Shown here piece by piece: positions 46,601-58,600 of a DNA stretch of 64,000 bases. The DNA lies in the NCBI RefSeq assembly GCF_000002075.1, contig NW_004797400.1, forward strand, positions 2,430-66,429. The letters are read 5' to 3'. Origin of the DNA: Aplysia californica. Taxonomy: Eukaryota. The position numbers and the translations under genes are program-made. Position 1 is the stretch's first letter, and each line of letters starts with the position of its first letter. The notes under the pieces were generated by a model, which was not told the origin of the DNA, searched no databases, and saw nothing but the letters and a program-made list of their open reading frames with translations.

Positions 46601-49600
46601 TAGAAATCCGCATCCGATTCCGAACAGAAGGACTCGGCCGAGTCTAGATTCTAAATAAATAAATAATTCACGCACCTGATGAAATGCTTATTTTTACCAA
46701 TGCCAATATTAATATTACAGCACAACCTATGATAGGGTTTGACACAATAGAATTGGAATATGAATCCTCCATTGAGGTCTATAATGATCTATATAATATT
46801 AATCTAGATCTAGATTCTATTAGAACAAGTGAGTCGGACTTGAATCTACACGATCTGAACAATTAAATTAGTCAACAAACGAAATTCAAAATGGCCGCTC
46901 GAGCACGAAACTGAAAGTAGATAATTTAGATTGTCGTCCTTTTTCGTATTCGCATTTCTACTTAGGTTCCGACAATTATGTCGGAAACGCCGACGTCAGC
47001 AGTCGGCGGTGCGCGCGTCGGCGGTCGGCACGAAAACGAAAGTGCCGACGAAGCCGACGGGAGAAAAAGGGGGCGCTGGCAGTCGGCCAAGCCTCGCACT
47101 ACGCACATTGACTGATACAGGTGGGCCTAGCGATAGCATCGGCCGGTTCACGGGTCAGGTCGCGATTGTCGGATTTCAGACGATTGTCGGCAAACATGCA
47201 GGTCTAGTTATAGTACATAAAGAAATATTTCCCAAGCCTAGACAAGATTCAATCATATTTTCATTATCCCTTTTCAATAGTCCCAGTCCAGTAAGTTCAT
47301 CATAGCAAAATAAAAAAAGGAAATGTGGATATAAACAAAGTAGGATAAGCATTATTCACTCTCAAAACGAATCTTCTCCTTACTTTATTTAAAAAGATAG
47401 AAACAAATCTATCCAACTGCTCAAATGGGATAAACATCAGCTTCGATAGCATAATGGTGGTTGAGACTAGCCATGTGAATATTTGAAAAGAGCAATCAGA
47501 TCACGATTGAATAAATTTCAAGCAAAAGCTAAACTACAACAAAGATCATACAACTTGCAAAGAGCTGTAAATTCAAAGAAATTGTCAGAAGGATGCAAAA
47601 TCAAAAAGAAATACCATCATCACCTTTGTTACCCCTCTCTTAATGAGTGCCAAAATAGTTATGGGTTACCTGCATAACTTAAAATGTTACCTCTGAATCC
47701 TTTAGGTTATCGTTTGACTCTTCTCCTTTTTCCTCTTCTCCATTTGACTCTATTTCTGCCTTTTCAACATCAGCTTCTTCCTCGTTCAGCTCTTCTTCAT
47801 TTCCCTCTTCTTCTTCCACGGCATCTTTTCTCTCAGTGCCAGGGGCAAAAACAAGGTCAGAAGTCCCATTGGTAACATTTTGTGCACCAGTTGTTTGTTG
47901 GGTAACATTATCCGCAGACTTTACCTGAACTGCTGGTCCATTCTCCACAGGGGCTGGGGCTGGGGCTGTACAAGACAGAAACACAAGAAGTGTGTAGAAA
48001 GGTACACTTACAGCTCACATGGGGCAGAAGGGGAAAAAAAGGACCCCCCCAAAAAAATCTGTATGCATGAACTTTGGACTAACAGCACTGATCACAATAA
48101 CCTGAAAATAAATCTACCGATACAGAAACAAAAATGAGAATACAGGAAATTCTCAGAGGAAGGGTTATGATTTAGGGTAAGAAAAATGTTTCCAAAATGT
48201 ATTGGATAACAAAGAAAACAAATGCTGATGTTAAATGCTTAAATGGGGACATGAACTTTCATAACAGAAAAAAAAAGACTGATAAATATATACAGATGTT
48301 TGGCACCTCGGTGAAATTAGGCGCTCATCAAAATAATGACATCAAAGAAACTCATTTTTCTGCCAGCTGGGCAATTTCTATAGGGGTTTTAGGGTCAACA
48401 CATTTTATGTCCATTTAAGAACACATATCTATATAGATTTTACTGAAAAATGTTGATCAAAGACACAAAAAATGAAATTCTAAGGATACTCAAGCTTTGT
48501 AGGTCACCAAAATTTGCGGGCCTTTTTCTCGCCAACTTTATCTCTGACATCCCCACCTCCTCCAAAATAATCTCAACCTCTATTCAAGATAGATGGGTAT
48601 TTTTTTTTTCATCAAAAGCAAGGCAAGTGAATAAGCCTTAAGGTGATACTGATAACTATATATGCCTAAAAATAGACAAACGCCAGATTCCACTGTGTCG
48701 TGACACAATTATATTACTTTCTGAAATGAGCAGGAAAGTGAAGAAAGAGGTAGGAGTTGGTAGTCGCTTCAGAAGTGAAATCCTAATTCTCTTTGCCAGG
48801 AAAAATGGGAAATAACAGGAATACACAAAAAGAAGACAACTATTAGTTAGAATGCAAGATAAAATATGAAGACCATATTTGGCTTTTGTTCTTTTTATAG
48901 CACTTACATCTTCTGCTAGCCTTTTGCAGTATTTTCACATCAACCAGAACAAGTAATGATCCACACCAAAGTTATCTTGATTTACAATAGTCTGAACATG
49001 ATCATGCCTTATAGAGCACAGGGAGATTCAAAATTTCTAGTGATTTTATTGTCTATCTTGATCTTATTTCATTCACATGGCCACAGACATTCTCTAGTAT
49101 CATTTTTACAGTTTGTGTGACTTTTTAAAAACTGGATCTCGTTCACCAACAGAAAAATTATTGGCATAACAAGCTACCCTGCAAGGTTAGGTAACCATTT
49201 CAAATTTCTATAAAATTTCGCAAACCAGACAAGACACCTTAAGAACTAGAGAAATGAGGTTATGTGCCAGTTCTAACTGTAATGAAACATCACTTTAAAA
49301 TCACACACCAAAACAGACAAACTGAATTGTGTAGTAAGCACTATTGCACAAGGGCGGTAAGCACAGATGCTAGGTCAGAATAAGAAGAGCTATATATGGC
49401 AAGGTGGCGGAGTAATGGAGAGCAGCTACAAAGAGAAAGCACCAAATGAATAAAAATTGTGTACAAAATGACAGAACAAACAAATAAAAAGGCTATGAAG
49501 TAAGGGAAATATAGAATAGGAGGAATAATTGGGCCAAGGAATGTTATGGCCATGGAAAGCATACTTTATATGATGTATTTAAAAAATCAGCATAATGGTG

Positions 49601-52600
49601 GCACCAGTAACAGTCCCAAACCATGTAAGTCCAAAATTAGTCAAGTTTAAAAAAAAAAAGATCTTTTGGAAACCTTCTTGCATCATGTATTAATATATTA
49701 CAACTAGCAATCCAAGCGAAAACGACTAATTGGAATTTTTCCACAAAATGTGTGTATGCATTGTCGATATGTTTGAGTCATACACTGTTTTTCTCAATTT
49801 GTGACAGCAACCTTTTGTGTCTAAAACACTACAGTTCACTTTCAACATTTTTGGTGTCCAAATGAATTAGTTCACTGGTGAGTGTAACACTACAAAATAT
49901 TAGTAAACGACAAGTCAGATTACTCATAGACAAGTTTGTATAGTGGGTACAATTCAATAAAAGCATGTCTTTTTTATACCTTAAAAGTTCAATAGATAAT
50001 TGGGTCCCTTTTGAGCACAAGGGGGCTATCCCGAAAAAAGCTGTTTTGAGAAAATCGAAGGTAAAGTTTTTGGACCCTTGTTCAGTTTCTTTAAAAGACA
50101 AGGAGAGTTTTCTCTATAACCAAACAAATATACACCTCAATGAAGCCAAACTTCTTCTATAAGTAGGGAAAGATTTCTGGAAACCCCCGAAATCTGGGCT
50201 AGCCCGCTTGTCCTTAAAAGCGACAATTGAAAGAATTACTTTGCAGCTTTAAAATAAATGCATGTCATTGTTGACATTCAGAAGCATTCTTGCAATTTAA
50301 AAAAGAGCCCCAAAAAACCCTGAACTCAATGAACAATTAAACAAGTTTTCATTCTATGAATATACCAATTTGAGTCATTTTTAAAAAGATTTACTCTTGT
50401 CTTATTTGTCTTCCATAGGTAAAAAAATATACACAGTGCTCTTACCATTCTGGACAGACTGGGCCGGCTGTTCAGCTTTGACGGGAACTGGAGGAGGGCT
50501 AAACAGAATAGACACAGATAAAAATGAGTACGATATAAAAATGTGAGCTCAATAACAGCAACAAGAAAGCATAAATCTAAAAAAAAGCATTATTATAAAG
50601 TGCCAGTTCTGAAACAGACATCAGCAATCACGGTTCGCCATTATTTTGTTCTTGCTCGAGTGCTCTTAAAACCTATTATCCTGGTCTTCTCTCAACACAC
50701 ATTTGTTCAAGCTTTGCCAAGTTGCCCTGCCTTGTTTGCCTTCTGTTTTTTCAAGTGTGAGTAAGATGTTCAAGGCCTTTATGTCAATTCAAGTGTCCAA
50801 GAGTGCCTTTTTCTCTTCCTAAATTGTTTTTTATAATTATTCTTACTACCTATTTGATTTCTTTTCCTGCAATGAAACCACATTTTTGTTGCTTCTGTTA
50901 CATTTTTACTGTCTTTGATTAACATTCACAGTTGTAGAAGGGTTGACCATAAATAGCCTTTTAGAACTCTCATTTTAGTAGTCATTCAGATGTTTTTATT
51001 TTTCAGGACAGGACTCATTTTACTGAATTGTCTTTAGCAACTGCAATTCTTTTTTCAATTTTGGTGGAACATTTGTCACTAGATGTAATTATATATTTCC
51101 TAGATTTTAGACTGCTGAACTTGTTTGATCTTTTCACTTTTACTTAAGAGATTGCAAATAGGATTTACTGCAGTTTTAGATGTTGCTATGCATTCTGTTT
51201 TTTATGTTCAATAATGACTTGGAGATGTACATTTTCAATATTCAAGTTAAAATATAATATTTTTGACATTAAGAGCATGAATTCAACAAAGTAAACGTCT
51301 CTACTTTGAAGTCTACACCCAGTATAACATATAAAACATTCCAGAAAAGGAGCCAATTAGGGAACCAAATCTTCATTACCTTGAAGTACACAATTTGTCA
51401 CAGGTTGAAATGTTAAATGGCATGAGAGCTCAGACATCTTAAAAACAGCAACTGCCTTAAGTCTGGTGTATTATTAGACCCTCTCACTGTACATGCATTA
51501 CGTTTTAGAGATCCAGCTATTGTGCTGAAAACAGTGTAAAACTTAACAAAGGTAATGTACAAAGAATCCAGCCTGCTCTAATGGCAAGTTGGCATAACAA
51601 CATTCACATTCATTAAACAACCTATTAGGATTTAAGAGTCTGAAAGAAGGTCTAACAGGTTGTTTACAACATATTTGGTCAGAATATGAAAGACTCTCAG
51701 TCTGGTTTGCCAAAGAACCTTACACAGTCCTATAATTGTACAAAGCATGCTTTTGAAAGAAAGGAAACAAAAGGTCTTTTAAAATATATTATTAAGATTA
51801 GCACACTGGCTTATTTAAGCATATTGACTTGAAACCGAGACAAATGAAAAAGATCTCAAATTTAACACAAGGGAATGCCTAAATTTATATAGAAACTGAA
51901 ATTGGCTCCGGGGTCCACATGTCCTTGTCCCCTCCTTTCACAAGAGATGAAAAATTACCCTTACAAATGAACATTTTAAAATTTATGTCCTTCAGAAATG
52001 TATTTACACAGATCAACTTTTTCGGAAGCACCACTATAGAATCTGCTTTTTAAACTGAGAGGAGTGCTCTCATCAAAAACCATAAGTGAGTGAAAAAAAT
52101 ATCAAGACCGAGAATTATTATAGAATGAACTTAAAGAATATCCAAATTATCCGAGGGAAACCAAAATTCTGTTAATCTCAAGCAACTCAGGTAAAAAATG
52201 ACAGGTACCTCTGTAAAAGCAACAATCGGATGATAATATGTAATCCATATTTACCGAATGTCTAATACTTGGCAGATCATAATAAAAGCTGGAATTGGGA
52301 CCCAACGGGTCACATAGGTCAAGTAAAATACTGAAAATTAGTGTGTCATAATAATTTAATATAATAACCAAAAAATCTGACAAGAAAGATAAGTGATATC
52401 ATTCATGCATGATTCAAACAATCACATGCTTAATAGGATGTGAATCGTTCGTCATAAAATGGAACAAATTAAACTCCAGCATGCGGAAGGCAAAAATATG
52501 GTGTTTTTGAACATTAACATTTTCTCTTTTTTTTCTTGATATGTGAGGCAGCGTGGTGGAATCAGGCGCTTGTCAAAATAATGAAAGTCAGGAAATTGGC

Positions 52601-55600
52601 ATTTTTTCTGTAAATTTGGGAATTTTATCCAATTTTTGTTTTTTGGCTCAACACCTTTCATGCCCATTAAAGAACACATTTCTGTACGGATTTTTAGTGA
52701 AAAACCTTGATTAAGGCAGACAAAATTTTAATTTCAGTTTCCGTGGACTCTCAAGCTAAGGAAATAACAAAACTTCGACGGCCCTTGTCTCGCCAATTTT
52801 ACCTCTGAAACCAAGCGACCCCCACCTCCTTCAATCCCCAATATCTTGACTTGTATCTAACATAAATGGATAATTTTTTTCATTAAAAGTGAAGCAAATG
52901 GACAGGCTTTAAGATGATGCCAATAACTCCATATGTCCCAAAATTGACAAGCGCCTGATTCCACCACGTCATGACACATATGTTCCTCATACCTAAAGTT
53001 TACAAAACCTATAACCAAAATACAGATATCGCAAACATTCTTTTCCTACATGACCATGAATAAATGAAGCAAACTTGACACCTATGATTTAGTCAAACAA
53101 CATTATCTACATGAGCCGTTCATCAAGCAAAACTAGAAACATCAGAGGATCTCTTGGACAGAGTGCAAAAACAATAAGAAAACAAAAACAAAACAAAAAA
53201 ACCCCCAAAAAATATCGATGAGTAAAAAGTGATGCTGGTTTAGTTGGCAATCAACTGCGATGTTTCTGGCTAACTTGGTCTACCGCAAGACCTGTCTGAT
53301 AACTGGTTTAGTTGACAGTCTACAGCAATGTTTCTGATCTACTTCACAGTCCAGCACTGACTGGTCTTATAACTGTTCTACTTGATTGTCTGCTAGTTTA
53401 TACAGACTTGGGACTTCTGACAAGGATCAGTTAACGTATGCCCTTTGCATTTATACAGGTTTGGAACTGTCATTGGCCGTGTAAAAAAAAATGTGGGACT
53501 TACAGCTTACAGTAGACCATCGTACCCCGGTAGATTGTTAACTAAACCAGCACCTGAAAAGTTCTTGCAGGATAAAAAAAGTTTACGGACTGAGAGTGAT
53601 ATATAGGTGGAGTCACCGTACAGATGTTAGTCACTAAAGTTCACACTTGTGATTTTAAGATAAAAGAAAAAATTTGACTTGAAGATGAGACAAGGGGTGG
53701 GCACTAATAGCAGGCAAGCTAGGCAAGAATACATCATCCCTCAACTCATTATGGTGGTCCACTGATCAGCCTACAAAATTACACTATGAACGGGCGTGGC
53801 AAGGGGATAGTGCAAATTATGACTGAGATAAAAATTAGGCCGGTGCTGGCCGCCCGATCTGGGGTGGCTAGCGTTTTGCTACTCGAATGAATTTGGTCAA
53901 TTAGCCTGACGCTACTGCCCCGGGGGGATTTCTGTGACCTCGTTTGGCTACCATTTTTCTGCCCACCCGGAGCCGGTCACCAAGATCTAGAACTAGGTAG
54001 CGTAAACACGGCCTCGCAGCCTTCCGAGCGACATGAAGCTACAAAGAGCACCTAGCATAACTCTGTGATTGGCCCAAATATAGATGACGTATTTCAGCCA
54101 TCTATATTTCTGTCCTCAGAGGAATTCGCGCCCGCAACTTGCGCACGCAACTTTTGCCATCAGCGCAACCTTTGCGCAAATTTTGCTAATTTTTCTTGCA
54201 ACGTTTGATATTTTCAAATGCAACTTTCTCTGGGACCTCCCTCACGAGTTGACTAGATCTATCACCCTTTATTATTATTCATCAGAATGCCGGTCACAAA
54301 GTTACTAAAAATAGAAATGCAGCGCTGTCAAAGATTGTGATGTTATCAAAGATTCTCTACTGCCCAGATGTTTCAATTGCCATTTCTCGCGTCTGAGCGA
54401 GACTTGGGTGCGACCTTGTTTTAGCGCTTGACGGCCCGTGATACGAGTGTAAACTAACGTTCCAGCACTGAGTTGAAAGTNNNNNNNNNNNNNNNNNNNN
54501 NNNNNNNNNNNNNNNNNNNNNNNNNNNNNNNNNNNNNNNNNNNNNNNNNNNNNNNNNNNNNNNNNNNNNNNNNNNNNNNNNNNNNNNNNNNNNNNNNNNN
54601 NNNNNNNNNNNGGCCAGAACATGAACATACGCAGAAATTCCCACGGGCCAGAAGCGTCAGGCTAATCGACTGAATTCGTTCTACTAGCAGACCTGCCACT
54701 GTATGAAATCTAAAAATCAGGATTTCAGAGTTAAAAAATCAGGATCTGGTGAAAAAATCGGGATCAACGGCAAATTAGTCATAAGGGGCACTGGGGGGGG
54801 GGGGTCCCCGGTTCCCTTTTATGAAGCAAGCACTCAAGATAAATCTTTCGCAGAAATAAGTTCCCATTGAGCCTCAAAGTAGAGGAAAAAGTTGAAAGAG
54901 AGCATGTATTCGAGTCTGAGTTGGATAGTCATAGACTGGGGGAGCGCAGGTTGCAGAGATGCTGAAACTCTCGTAGTCTTGACAATAGCTTACACATACA
55001 TGTAACTCTAATCATCCATGCAAAGGCGCGCGTTTCCATACAGTAACAACGTTTGACTTCAGTCGCATGTATCAGGCAAGGTCGTACATTTACAACTATT
55101 TTCTTAGGCCTATTCCTTCATCCTCAATTAGTAGCCAAGCACTTTAAGTCGAAGTGTAAAAAAAAAATACCCCCACCCACTCCCCCCGGGCGTCCCATAC
55201 TGGCGAAGTCCCGAAAAACATCTCAACTCAACAAACGCGACCAGTGTGAATGAACTTTGTTGCCCTCGACAACCCGCGGTCCCCGACACACGCGCTACTC
55301 ACACTAGTCACACGTACGAGGTCATGTCACGTGATGCGAACGAAAGTTCCAAAGTTCCACGAACAGGTCTTGATGATGGGCCCGACTAACCAGAACTCGG
55401 ACGAAGCTTGCTTGAATTTTAAAGCAAGGGCAGAACAACGAATAGATTATTTTTAGGCATATGTCATAATTGTTACAGTAATCAGGCCATCATTGGAGAA
55501 TTCTTGGTAAGAAAAGCCAAAGTAGATCTAGAGAGTACCCAAGTCGGAGTTAAAAATCGATACTTCTTCGAAATAACGGGCGTGAGTCAACTATAGGCCC

Positions 55601-58600
55601 CTACTGGATCCGGCATTGATGTTTTAGAAAATAGCGTTCCTGCCGATCAAAAGTCCGAGCGGTGCTTTCAAACAAAAGAGATTGCAGAAATTTTTTTGCT
55701 GTCTAAGAATCGGACGCAACAGACACAACAACAAAAAATCAGGATACTGGCGACCAAAATCGGGAAAATCGGGATGCTTGAGATTTGGGGCAAAAAATCG
55801 GGATATCCTGATTAAATCGGGATGAGTGGCAGGTCTGTACTAGGCACTCCCTTGAAATTATGACTTGTCTAACTGTTGACGTTCAAAAGTAAATAGATTG
55901 GAACTGATGGTTATTCATAGAAGAAAAGTAAATATATCGATTGATACTGACATTCTATCACTGCAATAAACATAACCTGAACGAAGTCCAACTCAGACCA
56001 AATGAAACACCCACGACTCATGACAAATCAGGGCTATTCCTCAGTAATGTACAAGTCATCTTTATGAACAATTGAGGATTGTTTTGACTAGCTTATGTCT
56101 TGATATATTCTCTAGTCTTTCTTGTCTTAAATGTTGAACCACATATTTCCTAGGCTTTGAAGGCAGTAATTTTTTCAGTTATCAACATTTTAAAAAGAAA
56201 GTAGTCCATAGACACACCTCAAAGACACCATGGTCAATCAACGTTTGAAACAAGAAAATCAAAAGATATATATCAAGACAAAGGCAAGTCAACACGACCC
56301 TCAAACATTTATATTCATTAACCCCTTATCTCCGGCAAGCCATTCTCAGTGGCTCGTGATCAAATTTGCTGTGCCAGAGAGCTTGGGCAACAGTTTGGGA
56401 ACATTTCTTTATAACGACTTCAACGTCAAATTACTTTTCGGCAATTGCTGAAAACAGGTCTCTTTTACCGGGATTTCATTCTTTAGATAAATAACTATCA
56501 AATAAGGTTCACTTGTTATGATTTAATGACCAATTTAGTGATGTATATTTGTCAATTTTAGATTTTGTACCAAAGAAGAACCCCGGCATAGTGGGTTTAC
56601 CACCCTTAGAGATAAGGAGTTAAGATAACTCATACACCATTCCCTTTTCATATTGGCCTCCTTGACTTAAGGAAGTTCAATCATTTAAAACATTACTTCA
56701 ATAATACCAACTGAACAAATTCTGAAAGAGTTAATTGATTAGTAGTGGTTAGTCCAATTTCTTTTTAAAAAACAAATGAAAAAATAAACAGGAACATAGC
56801 CCAAGGTAACAAATCATATACACAAACTTACATGATGACGCCTTCTAAAAGCTTGGCAGCGTCAAGGCCAGCTTGTGCCAAGGCATCACCAATCATTTGA
56901 GAGCCCGTGAGTTTGGCAGCCACAACCACCACTTCTTTCACTGGGCCTTCGCAGCTTCTGGAGACAGTATTGTAAAAAGTAAATCAGCATCCGGAAAAAA
57001 AACATTTTTAAAATCCATGAAACCTTCTAATGTGAAGAGTAATAAACACAACTGAGACACGAACCGGAAAACAAATGTTACAGGACCAAAAATACATAAC
57101 TCATATAATCAAGATTTTTATGATGATTTGAAATGACTTGATAATCCAGTAGCTATTTAGTTTGTGTGCCTTTTTACCCAATTGAATATTGTTGAAGGTA
57201 AAGTCATTTCAAAAGCGAATCCTTATTGCTGTGAAAGACCTTTGTGATTTTGCAGCAAAATACCTTTCTAAAAGTCATGATCTGACGACACTGTACCAGA
57301 TTTATTTGATCTTCAACTAATTTGTGCAACATCATGGTGAAATCAGATACTCATCAAAATAATGAAAATGAATTAAAAAACTGATATTTTTCCATTTGGG
57401 CAATTTTTACTGAATCTTTTTTTTTGGGGGGGGGGGGGTTTTTTTTTTGGTAAACGTTTTACGGTACTTACTACAAAACGATGTCATATAAATGTTAGAG
57501 AGGAGGCCTAATTCGTCTTACAATGTTAATAAGAAGTTCGTTCATGGTTAGCGTCATTTTTTCGAGGGGAGCTCAGCTCACCACCTGTTATGTCCACTTA
57601 AAAACAAATTACTGTGTGGATTTTACTGAAAAAAACCTTTGATCAAATGCAAGAAAATTTTTTTTATTTGCAGTGTCCAAAGTCTCTCAAGCTTTGAAAA
57701 TCACCAAATTTTGGCAGTCATTTTCTCGCTAAATTTTTATGAGACACCAGGAGACCCCATCTCCTTCAGTTGCAAATATCTTGACTTCTATTCAAGAAAG
57801 ATAAGTATTTGTGTCATCAAAAGCAAGGCAAATGAACAAACTTGAAGATTTTACCCATAACTCCACATAGCTAAAAAATTGTCGAGCACTTCATTCCACC
57901 CTGTCATTACACAATTATATTTTCTTAAAATAGATATATATCAAACACATACGCCATGTCACAGACTTTTGGTGCATTTTTAGCTGCATCAAGAGCCAAC
58001 TGCATTGCATCCTTTTCACCTGTGAAAAGATAAAAAAAGAGATGTCCATAAGACATAAACTGCAAAGATAATAATGAAATATTTGGTTAAAATCTGCAGA
58101 TTGTAAAAGTAAGAAAATTTAAATTCTGTATCTTGCTTTTATATCTATATATATAAAAGTGGACTTGGGAAGCTTTGTGCACAAACTCCTCCCTTATTAC
58201 CTAAAGGTGTGGACCTTTGAAACTTTGCAGGCGTCCATGTGGCTAGGACCAAACTTTAAAAAATCCAAGAAAACCTTTCCCCCATTTTTCCAAAATGCTT
58301 AGTTTCGTCCAGACAAGTTTTAGTCCAAGGCTAACTTATGATCAACAATTTCGCATTTTTTTAAAAATCGGAAGTCTTTTCTCGACACAATTTTTAATGT
58401 GAAAAATCATCACTTTGGCCGTCTAAAACTTCCGAACCACTTAACTTTCGAATTTGACAAAATTAACGATGGTTCATAATAATTTCAAGGGTGCAGTTTT
58501 ATTGAGGAGTCTGAAGTCACTGTCGTTTAATTTTCAGTTTTTCATTAGTTTCGTTTAGGTCGAATCTTGGAAAAGTCCATCTTCTTAGACGCCATTGTGA

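Larger units (their letters stand above)
53860..55852. mobile_element. TIR element whose right end is interrupted by the 54688 element
   Basis: Left gaatgaatttggtcaattagcctgacgctactgccc is the inverted match of right gggccagaagcgtcaggctaatcgactgaattcgttc. Confidence 0.6.

Noticed and set aside
46931-47305. 124-aa ORF / CpG-island-like promoter
   Set aside because: Lies mostly in the GC-rich subterminal region of the 46158-47206 TIR element.
48908-48991. Possible extra GOLM exon (strong gtaagt donor at 48907)
   Set aside because: The nearest acceptor gives an in-frame stop in the required phase, and exons 5 and 6 already join in phase.
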